From positions 124,001 to 188,000 of the forward strand of contig JALDTO010000181.1 in NCBI GenBank assembly GCA_023515725.1: 64,000 nt of DNA, written 5' to 3'. Source of the DNA: Amoeboaphelidium protococcarum X5. Lineage: Eukaryota > Fungi > Aphelidiomycota. A program made the translations under genes and the position numbers. The notes under the pieces were generated by a model. The model ran no database searches. It was not told the DNA's origin and was given only the letters and a program-made list of their open reading frames with translations. Below, in pieces: positions 1 to 15,915 of the stretch; position 1 is the first letter of the stretch, and each line of letters opens with the position of its first letter.

Positions 1-1365
1 CGCGTGAAGAGCCACCAGACTTACCCCCAATAACAGGCGCACAATGAACTAACCTTCCACCAGGAGACTGATCTAAAATGTGTTAAAATGCAACTTCATC
101 GCCACAATCGCAAATGAAGCATGTGTCATTGTAAGACAGAAATTGTAGATACACTTCCAACTGTTGAATGCCTCCTAATTTGTACCACCGTACTTGATAA
201 AATGCTTCGTGTACAACTTATCCTTACTCTGCAGTCTAAGTAAGAGTCCTAGTACTACAGAGTAGAGGACTCGCCACACCAGTGCCTATGCAAAGAGAAA
301 TCCGTTTGATCCAAACATGGCCACAACGCACATTTATAACAGAGTACATACAACGGCCAAATCTTGGAATCTACACAGATCCAAATTCTGGAATACAACC
401 AGGTCACGTCGAAAGTAAGCAGACGATGATCCTGACCGTTTCCCATACAAAATCTCTTTAGATCTAGGATCAGTCTTCCAGGACAGGTCGGAGTTGCCGT
501 ATATCTTTTATATATGCGGCTCTTCCACCAGGTACAAGAATATAAACTGCGCCGAATGGGCCAGTATGGAGACAGCGAGCACTATATAACTATTGGAGAT
601 TAGCGATATGCCATAGTATCCCGCGTAGCCAATGGAGTACATGGGATGAGGTGCCATCTCAAAGACACCATCAAAGTGCAGCGTGGAGTCTAGCTGGAAG
701 AAGAAGTCACCCCAGAACCAGGCATAATCTTGAACCACTCGGTGCGCGTCCAGCTTGACCCAGATATTGAACAGAATGAGCAATACTCCACCAATAAGTC
801 TCAATAGGTCAGCGATACCAAAAGATTATATAGAAGTACCACCACCTGTCCAGCTAATAGTAAAAGACATGGCAAATACAATGTACGCCACAAAATCATT
901 GACCAAAATGAGATCTACAAGATTTCTAAAGAGCAGCCAAGCGTTATACTCTAACGGTACCTAGTCAAAGTCATAATCTGGGCCCATCTTCTTAGACAGC
1001 TCCTCCTTCATGAACGAATATAACCACTTCCTGTCCTTGTTATCGCGATCGAACAGCTAATACCGAGAACACAGATCAGTGAACCAGTTCTCATCGCTCT
1101 ACTTCTTCAACACGTACCCCAGGCCGGCATTGTACATTAGCCTCCAGAATGCGAATACCAGCAGGAAGAACCACTTCTTATCATAGAATAATGCAAACAT
1201 GATTATATTACAACCTGCAAGTCCCATAGTGCCAAGTTCTAGCACAGTGTGAGTCTTTCTACTTGGTGGCCAACTGGAGAACAGGTTAGCCAACATATCC
1301 TACGTCTTTGGCACACTGAACAACTTGCCATCTCGAGTCTTTCCCGTCTATTACACAGAATTCAT
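1..1365 (-). CDS. CHO2: Phosphatidylethanolamine N-methyltransferase (Cho2/Pem1), 3' end runs off the window
   Basis: With TAR=Gln one frame runs from ATG 1365 ([28 protein letters not shown]). It contains the Cho2 motifs [45 protein letters not shown] and [22 protein letters not shown]. Confidence 0.93.
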
Positions 1366-1686
1366 ATAAAGATCAGTAATGACTAACAAAAATATACAGT
1401 CAATGATTAATATAAACTTTGATTACGAACCCAAGCCACGCTGTAACTGAGATTAAACGGGAAGATTGGCTTTCGTTGATCGAACTGAGCCGCGCGATCT
1501 TGCGACAATTCCTCAGATATCTCCCTCTCCCTTCTCTCACACCTGCTGTTAAGAGAATACGACGAATGTCTAGTGAGCAACGCCGTCAAGTAAATAGAAA
1601 ATAGAAATAATGAAAAAAGTATCAAACTACTACTACGACTACTATAAATCTTCGTTATTTAACCCTCAAATCACGCTTTTAAAATA

Positions 1687-4600
1687 TCACTGTAAGACTT
1701 CAAATTTATTGGATGCAGATTGAGTTGAAGTCTACTCCTCGGTGATGGCTGAAATCTAATCAACTGACCCAATTGCAGGGATGGGATTGCGCTTCTTCTA
1801 TTCTGAACCAGGTGCTTGGTCTTTATCTGCCGCGTTCATTGCCTGACTCACAATGTTCTACATTGGAATTCCACGTTTACCGCTGTGAGGCGATCCACCA
1901 TGAGAGCGATGTCCACTGCTGATAGAGTCAGTTTCAATGGAGCCACTGGAATTGATACTGTGTCTAGCGGTACCTCTCAGAGCCTTGAAAACGTGTAATT
2001 GAGTTCTCACAGATCCGATAGCGTGTTGCCACTGCAAACGCTCTCTGGTCATCACCAGGCGAGACTCATCTCTTAGTCCGATAGGTACACCACAAACTAC
2101 ACAGCCATTACCTGTAGGCAGCAGACGGACAACCACACCAAGAGGCAGAACTAGCAATCCCACTAAAACTGAAGCAGCCCACATACCTCCTGTAATAGGA
2201 ACTGTCTTGAAGACACTTCCACCAAAGAACATGATGATAACTTGCACTCCGACAATAATTACCGACATTGGAAGAATAAATCGATTCTTGGTAATACCTT
2301 TGAACACATTCAAACTTCCATCAATAGTTCTGCAGTTAACCTGATTGAACAATTGCAAAAAGATGAACAGATTAAAGACAAAGGAATTCAACAACTTTGC
2401 CTAGTCTGGCTAACTGACATCAAGTCTGAAAATGGTTGGCCCAACGTACAGAGAGAACAAGTTGGCAAAGATCTAGAAGGCAGCCTGCCCCAAAATCATT
2501 TTCCACATCTCAACACTGATAAGCGGATCCTTCTTACTGTCAGGCATTCTGTTCAAAATGCTCAAATCCGGAGAATCAGTGGCCAGAGATAGCGCAGCCA
2601 GCGAGTCCATGATCAAGTTCACCCACAACAACTGCACAGCTGTCAACACACTCTTGTTGTCCGAACTAGCGACGGCACTAACAAAAGCAATAGTCACGGC
2701 AGAGATGTTGACAGTCAGCTGGAACTACAGAAACTTCTTCACTGAATCGTTAACACTTCTTCCCCACATCATAGCCTTGACAATACTCGTGAAATTATCA
2801 TCCATAAGAATGATGGCACTAGCCTCTTTACTAACTTCGGTACCTGTGATACCCATACTGAAGCCAACGTCTGCCATTTTCAGAGCAGGAGCGTCATTAG
2901 TACCATCACCAGTCACTGCGACAGTCTCGCCCATCTCCTTCAACTTACCAACCAGAATCTACTTATCACCAGGACTAGATCTAGCAAGGACCTACAGGCG
3001 CGGAATAATGGCCTCCATATCTTCATTGGACAATCTTCTGAACTTAGGACCCTCCATAACTATTCCACCCTTGGTGTAAATACCACATTTGGTAGCAATT
3101 GCCTTGGCGGTATTGACGTTATCACCAGTGACCATACGTACAAATACACCAGCAGTCTGACATCTCTTCACAGCCTCAGGTACACCATCACGCAAAGGAT
3201 CTTCAATACCGACCAGCAAGACAACGGCCAGGTTGCGCTGACACATTTTCTCCAACTTCTCTGCAGCCTCGGCAGGGACCTCTTTACCAATGTTGTCGGC
3301 GCCCACAATCTCAACGTACTCGCTCATAGGAATATCCTTGAAGGATACAACAATAGTACGCAAACTCTCATCAGCGAAATTGGATATTTTGCCTTAAATC
3401 TGATTTCTAAGCGCATCCGTCAGTGGAATGACTTTATAGCTGTTGGAGCTTTAATCTTCAAAAGCCATCACCTAGTCAGAATACTTTAGCACAATCTCAG
3501 ACGCACCTTTGACGTAGAATCTGACCGTGTCATCATTGACTTTGATTAAAGTACTCATACTCTTACGCTCACTACTAAAAGGATACACCTAAAGAACAGA
3601 GCTCTCAGCCGCCTTCTTGTAAGTAGTATAGTCGTGTAAACCAATCTTGGCACAGAATTCCAGCAGAGCAGACTCAGTCTTATTACCCACAAAAGACTTG
3701 GCACCTTTCTAGTCAACTTCCTCAAAAGCGGTAGAGTTCATAACAACAGAATCTATCAAGAGATTAACATACTGAGGACCGCTGAATGACTAGGATTACA
3801 CCTATCTATACTTTGTATCCAGCACGTCTTCCTCCTTCTCATTCAACTTCTTCTTCAGCTTGGCAATACCACTATCATTCTTAAATTCAGTCTTGCACCC
3901 AATAAATCCAGCCACCACAGTCATTCTATTCTGTGTCAATGTACCAGTCTTGTCACTACACACAGTAGTAGCATTACCCATAGTCTCACAAGCACTAAGC
4001 ACACGCACCATGTTATTGTCCTTCATCATTCTGCTGGTACCATACGCCAATGCAATAGTAACAGCCAGCGGCAAACCTTCCGGAACAGCGACAACAATGA
4101 TCACAATAGCCTAGATAACAATGTTGATGATGGATTCAAAGACAATAGCTCCCTCAGGAAATCCATCCAAGCTCTCCTGAACGCAATATTTAACTAGTAG
4201 AATGATGAGAAGCAGAATACTGATACTTGCACCCAATTTGGCAATAGATTCTGCCAGACTGTCTAATTTCACTTGCAGAGGAGTGTCTTCAGTTGGCACA
4301 CGAAGACCCATCATAAGCTTACCATTGAAAGAGTGCTCACCGACACAGGTAACCAAGAACTGGCCAACACCCTCAGTAATCTTACCACCACTCAATACGA
4401 ATGGATCGATATCAACTGCCCCTTCAGTGTACGGTGTCTTTCTGATCATGTCCGACTCTCCGGTGGCAGAACTTTCATCAGCCTTCAGATTGTGACCAGA
4501 GATCAGGATACCATCCACATTCACCACATCACCCGGCTCAAGCAGTAAAACATCACCAACAACGATATCATAGATGGACAATAACTGCACATTGCCACTT

Positions 4601-5163
4601 CTCAAACACTTCACCTGACGGTCTTCCTTCTTGGCGTTCAACTTTCTAAACTAAGACTCTTTCTGATAGTCATTGACGGACTGCACAAGCACCACAATAA
4701 TAACAGCGATAATGATAGCCACACCCTCAACCCAATGCGGATCCTTGTCCTTTGTCGTGGCACTGAGATCAATGTAAACTCCGACGACAAGTGAAACGAA
4801 CGCAGCCACACAGAGCAGAATCAACGTCTTGTCATGCAGAGCAATCCACACCAGCTCAAAAATGTTCAACTATCTCTACTCTGGCAGCCTATTAGCTCCA
4901 TAAAATTCCTTTCTAGAACTGTAATCTCCATCCTTATCCAGTCCAGTTGATGGATTGCTCTTCAGTGCTTTGATCAATCCGCTGACACCGCCCAGAGAAT
5001 GGAGATGATCAAGATTCTTGGGATCGAACATCTTCTACAACTCCTCAATAGGAACACTGAACTCTCCATCACCACCGCCACCACCACTTTACAGAGGCTT
5101 CAATTCATCCACAGGAGCAGACTCACGCTGAACTACAGGCTTCTCATCTTTAACGTCCCCCAT
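1687..5163 (-). CDS. PMC1: P2B-type Ca2+-transporting ATPase (PMCA/Pmc1-like), 1158 aa, intronless
   Basis: One frame from ATG 5163 to TGA 1687 when TAR=Gln. Motifs: [69 protein letters not shown]. Confidence 0.95.
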
Positions 5164-5235
5164 CTTTGACAGAGAGAGCGTATCAACTAATAAACGATCG
5201 GAACTAATTTTGCCACAGGTTATTCCAAAGTGGAA

Positions 5236-5258
5236 AGAGAGAGAGAGAGAGTGAGAGT
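5236..5258 (+). repeat. (GA)n microsatellite just upstream of the PMC1 start
   Basis: agagagagagagagagtgagagt seen directly. Confidence 0.7.
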
Positions 5259-5902
5259 GTGTTTGTGTTTGGGAGGAAAGAAAGGAGATGTGTGCGATCA
5301 GACAAAGGAAGAAGAATAATCCGCTCTAGTAGCCGAATACATAACGGAACGTACAAACAAACAATGAACTATAAGAATAACCGGTAACGTGGTAACTCAG
5401 AATCAAACATTGTCATCATAATCATCATTACTAATGCGTACTAAGACCATTAATCATAGCGACATATTATGGATACGATCCCTGAAGTATATCTGAAACG
5501 AAAGTTTGTATGCATGGTATAAGAGTTTAGCTATAATACTCTTATTTTATCCTGTGAATTACGTAAAGAATGAAAAAATATTAAAAGCAACATACCCGCA
5601 ACTCTAGATTCCCACATGCCGCAAGTTTGATCGATAACTTGAAGGTGTATCGTATATATGTGTAGGCGCTTTCCAGAGAGTTGATAGATAGACAGAAGTC
5701 TGATGCTCAAATGTGGCGCTCTGGATCGTGTTTCCGCAATGCACGATCACGAGAAACAGAGTTCATGTCGCCCCTTTTCATTTCAGCTTCTTTACTGGCG
5801 CCTTAGTAACGATCGCTTCACTTTGCTTTGTATTTCCATCTTCATACAATCAATCATATTAGTCATTTTTAGTATTTTATACTCGGTCAAGTCTAATACA
5901 AT

Positions 5903-6733
5903 ATGCCAACAGGTTAGAGTTCGTGGACGCTGACTCCTCAGAAGAAGGAAAGTAATAAGACCAAGTTTATTGATTTGTGTAAAGCTCCTATCGATGACCA
6001 GCTGGAGGTCTTTTTGAAGTCTTTCATCTTTGCTCTGGGGAACAATTGGAAGGAGGTTGTTACTCTGTCTAATCAGTTTAAGAAGGCATGCAAGGAGGGC
6101 GGCGAAGGTAAGGATGATCTGAATGTTGTGCAAGCTTCCGACTTTTTGTAAAAGTATGGTGTCACTCGTACTGCGTCACAAAGATCTGCCGAGGTGAAGG
6201 ATATTGATTTGAACACTGACAATCGCATTTCGTTCATAGAATACCTGTTGTTGCAGTTCAAGTCTATGGTTCTGAATGAGTTCTATAAGCGCATCAAGGA
6301 GGATCCCATTGAAGATTTGAGTGACTCTGCAATTGGTGTGACGGGTGTGGGTGAGAAGTTGATTGATTAGCTGTTCGCCGTGGCCAAGGGCGTGGATCCG
6401 GAGGTAATGAAGGCTATTGAAGAGTTCACCGCCATGAAGAAGTAGCGCGATGGAAAGATTCAAGATCTGAGTGACAAGGCTGCGCTGGGCGGTGTCAAGG
6501 GAAAAGCCGCGGCTAATGAATTGGAACAGATGAAGACTGAAGATCTGACTGATATGAACAGGATCGAAATCACTCTGAACGCGGCCAAGAGAAGAGCGGC
6601 GAAAGACTCGGGCGAGATTGCACTGAAGAAGAAACAGAAGGAGGAAGCCGATGAGAAGGCGCGCAAGTAGAAAGAGTCCCGTGATAGATTGGCTCAGCGC
6701 GCGGCTCTGTTCAACAATGCCCAGTCTCAGTGA
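5903..6733 (+). CDS. Ca2+-regulated actin-bundling protein (Dictyostelium 34-kDa/AbpB-like, EF-hand), 276 aa
   Basis: ATG 5903 to TGA 6733 with TAR=Gln. EF-hand-like DIDLNTDNRISFIEYLLLQFK and GGVKGKAAANELEQ resemble Dictyostelium ABP34 as I recall it (DVNFDGRVSFLEYLLYQYK, GVKGLGATNMLAQ). Missed by the ORF track. Confidence 0.75.
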
Positions 6734-7058
6734 CCTGTCGATCCCAACAATTGTACAGATAGCAAGAAATCTTTTTCTTATTGACTGTACCTTTAAATAC
6801 ATGCTGGTGCAAAGTATACTGTACACATTCTGATTTCTGTTTTACTTCTTTGTACTTGCCTCTTGTTGATCGCATTTTAGAATATTTTCCAATGAGCTGT
6901 CAAATCGATTCTAGCATTAGATTGAAAGTGAATTCAAGTCATGACAAAGATTTGTAATTGTGAGGCGCAAGATGGTGAATAGGCGAGTATTACTTTCGCT
7001 GACGGGTGCAGAAAGTCAAATTTCAAACCATTTATTGTTTCATTCAATGCTTATCCAG

Positions 7059-7964
7059 TCATTATTAATTCATGTCCATCTGTTTCTGGAAATGATCTCC
7101 TAGTCTTCGACCCAACTCGTCGTAAATTTCGGTCGTAAACTTAAGGCAACCATGAGCTATTGTAGTGTCTCCCAGATAGATGCTTTTTCCGCGAATGGCA
7201 TTCTCAAACTTGTCTTTAACTTAACGGGCCACCATTTGCACTTGTTCACTCGACAGCTTATCATATTTTACCAAGTCTTTCATGTGACGATGAGCAATAA
7301 GTTCTCCACTACCAGACGTGGCGTCATACACGTATTCATCCGCTTCTCCATTGTGACAATATACCATTAAGATTTTTATAGGCTTATCCTATCTGAGCTT
7401 AGACATGTCAAGTTCAGCGAGAGAACTCTTTAGCAAGCGGGATGCCTGATAAACGGCGCCATGGAACTAATTGACCGCTTGTCTATGAGGGCCAGCATAT
7501 TAACGAAGAACGTTACGACAAGCAGCATGACTGCAATCAGGGACTTGAACATTATAAAAGTCAAACGCTTCAACTACCCCTAGCTAATCACCAATGTCTT
7601 CCTTATCAAAATCGTACGGCTAATTAGGCTTATCAATCAGGTCCATCATTTTCGATACGTGCTTTGCTTAGAAATTGTTTGTATCATGCATCAACATGAT
7701 TGGTTCATCTGATTCCATATCATCATGAATCTAGGCCTACTCCAGCAGCTTGTTACCTTCACCAAGCTAGCTAAGACGAGATCTTGGAAGCTGAAAGTTT
7801 TTGCCATCGCCAGGATTATGGAAAGTGTACTTTTTATCGTCCGAGGACTACGCGCCAGAAAGACCATCGACAGGCATATCACGCGCATGCTAGTGATTCA
7901 TTGGCACAGAGACCACCACTGCTACCAAGCAGGAGACCGCGTTGAAAGCTTGCCAAATTTTCAT
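7059..7964 (-). CDS. Putative secreted protein with a BTB/POZ-like N-terminal domain, 301 aa
   Basis: ATG 7964 to TGA 7059, open with TAR=Gln. Signal-peptide-like MKIWQAFNAVSCLVAVVVSVP, then GKNFQLPRSRL...EPIMLMHD...KMMDLID...QLGVVEAFDFYNV, a BTB-like pattern judged by eye. Confidence 0.6.
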
Positions 7965-8989
7965 TTCTATTGATTTATAAGTGTTAGATATTTGATAATT
8001 ACTTGTTCTAAGTTGTATTCTTAATAAAAAAGATAAAGAAGAAGAGATATATCTAATCAGAGCCTTCATTAGAATTTGGTCTAATGTCACCCACAAAGTA
8101 TCGACAACGCTCGAAACGGTGCGCTGATTGGAGAAGATCTGGCGGTCCATGATATTCTAACACGAGTGAATTCCATGAGGTTACACAGTAGTATAATGTA
8201 TTTTGTTAGAATAAGCAAAATAGAATAGATAAAAGTCAATTAAATAGTATACGTGCCGTGTGGCTGAGCTCTATTGATCAGAGCTAAAGAAACAAAGTGG
8301 CACAGCAAATTTCTCCTTATCCGAGACGACGGTTAAGGCTAGCGGCAGAACATAAAACCCAACATATTTAAAGCTCGATGTAATGCTGCACGTTGATTAA
8401 ATGCATTTAAAAAGAGTAAGTGTTAAAATAATATACCATAACATAAGTCAGTCAGTCAAGATGAGAAAGCTTGTTCACAACAAACTAAAATTAGTAGGCA
8501 GAACCAGGTGACTGTCTTTGATAAACTACTCCTCTAACTTCTAACATCATAAAGCTCCGGATTGATTTCCTGGTTTTCAAGGCAAACGTGCATTTTATCT
8601 ATCAAAACTTCAGACGCCTTGTGCTACGTGCGCTTCTCGAACAATTAGAACTGGCAGGGACACGGGAGACACCGTCCCAATGAAGATTTTTGTCAGTCAT
8701 TGAAAACACTATTTCTAGATAAAATTATATTCAATAACTCAAATTAACTATTCAAAAAATCCTAAAACCCCACTTGTACGATAAATCTGTCAATAAAGGC
8801 GGAGCCATTGATCATCCGCAGGCAATCGACTCAATCTACAGAGATTGAGATATCCTCTACTGTTGTCAATCCATCTAACACTGAAGATCACAGCACCGAT
8901 CGCGCGTCGTTCTATGCGCCTTAACGTTTAATCTTTCTTTCCTCACCAAAAATCAATTTACTTTGTTTAACTGTTGTTGTGGAGGAATA

Positions 8990-12610
<3,621 letters not shown>

Positions 12611-12683
12611 CGCGATTTGTGAGAAGTGAAAATATTTTCAACATCTTCAGTGAACAATAAAGTTGATATAATATTTACTTTAT

Positions 12684-13613
12684 TCAGACTTTCTACAGCT
12701 TCTTCTTTTTTATGGATGCTGCTTTTACAGCTGACTTTAATATTTCATATGCTTATTAATTCCTCTCTAATGCACACTCCATTAAGTCGTTAAAAGTAGA
12801 AGGACTAGTATCTGAAGCGTTATCGTTACGATAGACACAATTCGTGACGCGTTAGAGCGAGGGCATAGATGCAAGTACAAGCTGAGAATTAACAGCACTA
12901 TCACTTCCTTTGTTAGATTAAACAAGTTGAGATATATCGCTTAACACGACACTGTCAAATCCTGAGGTAGTTAATGCCAAAGATGCCACAACCAAATCAT
13001 ATAATTAAACTTCAGCGTCAGATAAAGCGCAAGAACCAGCGACGATTGCCAGCGAAGTAATCAACTACTACAGCAATGTGGAATCTAATAATAAATTCGA
13101 GCCAACATCATCCGGCATAAATTATAGAATTTGAATATTCAAATCAATTGACGCCTTAGGATAGCGATGCAGTATAATTGACGGCACTAGAGCTTTCTGT
13201 ACTATACTAGCCACGGCTCGCGAGTATTCAGAATTTCCACTGAGACTGCGATCAACGTGTGCAAAAGGAGCAATTTACACGTCAACATTAAATTTACAAA
13301 CCGCCACGCCATCTTGAGATTGTTTTTGCTAATCACCTGTGCGACTACTATGCGAAATAAGAGAAGTGTCCTCTATAGCGTAATAGCTTCCCTCGCTGAA
13401 ATTTGAAGCACTCCGAGACCATGGTCGATGATGCGGACCGTACCCAGACGCGGCCACTTTTATTCCTAAATACTCTATATATGCAGTTCCACACGTGTAA
13501 TCGCTCATATATCCAGCCTTAATAAATACATCTCCATGTTTTTATACATTTTATTTATATTCTGAAGGCGTTAATATTGCCCTAAGCGGCACAGAGATTT
13601 ACGGAGCCTCCAT
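12684..13613 (-). CDS. MTR3: Exosome RNase PH-domain subunit Mtr3/EXOSC6, 309 aa
   Basis: Absent from the ORF track; open with TAR=Gln. Motifs: VFIKAG..GTAYIE..KVAASGYGP, VDVQIAPFA, VQKALVPSIILHRYPKASIDLNIQIL, ALSDAEVQLYDLV. Confidence 0.8.
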
Positions 13614-14024
13614 TATCACGAATGCAATTGCGATGTTGGTAATGAAAAAAACGCCCAAGAGAAAATAGTGGTAAACTAATCAGACTTAACAAACGAAATT
13701 TAGAAAGTATAAAGTAGATCGATTAAGACTGAATTGAAGCACATGTTTAAGTAAAGTCCACGCACAATTTAGTAAGAGCGTTTCCATAAAAGGGAAATCC
13801 AAAGCCACAATTCAAGAGGTCTGTTTCACAATGCTGACTAACGGTAAGCGACGGCCGTGCGTGCTGGTTGACGCGTAGAACTTTTTCAGCCAGTTTTGGC
13901 CGCTGCCGAGACCCTCTTAGCCGCTGCTGCTCTATAAAAAATTGTTTAAATCATTCCACTTGTCGGAACTGGCTCTGTTTGAACTAAACCCGCTTCATTA
14001 CTAAAGAGCACCTTGTGAGTAAGT

Positions 14025-15732
14025 ATGGTTCGGAAGATTTATGACCCAGATCATGTCACGCTACTTACTCCCGATGGGATACATGATCCAAGTTCCTCTG
14101 ATCACCAGGGTGATAATAGTGGCAATAATCTGGAAGTGCTTCTAGCTGAGTACTTTACAGCGTTTGGACAAGATTGTAATGTCTTGGAATCCTCTTACAC
14201 CTCCTAATATCATGAATCGCTCTGGAATAGTCTCCATCTACCTAGCCAAGTGCCGTCACTAAACTGGTAAAAGTATGTTATAAAGGTGCAAATCCTTCTC
14301 TTTGGTGCGATATTCAAGAAATATTATCCGCGTTTAAGCTCTCCCGATAGTGGTAACAACAACAACAAAGCTGCTGCTGTGAAGAATGACGATCCTGCGC
14401 GTGTTGTTTCAAACACGTCAACTGTGCGACGTTTGCGGTCAAATGCCTTTAACTAGTCCCTTGATGCACCGAATGTGGGTGGTGGTGGTGGCGATGTCTT
14501 TCATTCAAGATAATCTTCCGTGGATCTATGTGACAATCCTCTCCTGCTCTCTGTACCGCCAAGTAGTCGTAGTAGTTCAATGTCATCATCTGGTATTTCG
14601 ACTTGTCGTTAAAGCTCATCATGCACCGTTCGCCTACTTGATCCGATCTCTGAGCTAGTCCATACCGAACGTGTCTACGTTGAAGACATCTCCATGTTGA
14701 TTAAGGTAAGATTTAAAATCGGGAAGATAATGAGCTTATCATTGACTTAATTTTTATAATGTGTAGTCTGTGTATGAACCTCTAACAGTTGAGAATTCAG
14801 TTCTGGCACGCTCTATATTTGCCAATTTAAAAGATATACATGTTTTGCATGTTTAGATTCTACAAGAATTGGAATAAGCTGATGAATAATAACTGTCTGC
14901 ATCATGTATCGGTTCAATTTTTGAATAAAATGCATCTAGATTCAGGATATATGCTCAATACTGCTCCAACTACTCCCATGCTGTTCTCCTGCTGCAAGAT
15001 TAACCTTGCGCTGTGTTAAAGAAACTTTTGGCTGCAGCTCCACTAGGTGGTCTTAATCTGGAGAGTCATCTTCTAAAGCCTATACAGAGAATATGCAAGT
15101 ATCCTCTATTACTTACATAGATAATGAAGCAATCTTGCTGTACTCAGGAAGAATCTGAACATTTGCGACTGATTATTGCGTAATTCCATGAACACCTACT
15201 GTAAATTAATGATGAGACTAGTTAGGCCAAGAGTCTGCACAAAGTATGTGAAGTTGCCTCATCATTCAAGTAGAGCTATAGTATGGTGCAAATTGATAGA
15301 GAGTTGATAAAAGAAGGCAGGTTGATATTATCTGAACCAACGATCGGTGTCGTGATGGTGTTCCTGTTCAATGATCAGATTGTGATTGCCAGTGGTGAAG
15401 TTGGCTCATTAAATCTGCTTTATGCCATTCCCATAGACAGTGTCAACGCAGTGTCACAAATCAACTCTGGTCTGATTCTGGAGACTGTAGAGCTGGGATA
15501 CTTTACCTTTCAGGCTAAATCTCAGCAGTCATCACAGAGGTGGATTGATGCTATCATGTCTTCAACCACGTCTTCATCCAATACTTAATAGTTTAATGCA
15601 CAGTCTCGCCATTTGCCTCAAGTAAATATCAATGCCAAGACATATAGACATTCGGGAAACTATGAATAATTAATGACACCTCAGATGAACACTTTGTACA
15701 TAAGTCATAAATGGACTGGCGAAACTAATTGA
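14025..15732 (+). CDS. DH-PH Rho guanine nucleotide exchange factor (intron 14706-14766)
   Basis: DH motifs ISELVHTERVYVEDI, IFANLKDI, YAQYCSNY and LESHLLKPIQRICKYPLLL, followed by a PH domain (ELIKEG...VFLFNDQIVIA...WIDAI). Start codon uncertain. Confidence 0.85.
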
Positions 15733-15915
15733 ATGATAAACGCTCGCTGATCCAGGTGGGCTATCCTCTAGTAGTCGTTGTTAATGAGTAAAATTTACAA
15801 AGATGAGAGAAGTCTGATGAATGAATGACAAGCTGCAAATTGTATAATAGGAATGAGAACCAAGTAAATGAATTATGAATCTTATTTCTTCAATGGATGA
15901 TCACAAACTATATAT

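Noticed and set aside
6176-6826. Long antisense ORFs in the track (6176-6826, 45662-46360, 47292-47666)
   Set aside because: Shadows of helical/coiled-coil genes on the opposite strand (actin-bundling protein, syntaxin, BZZ1).
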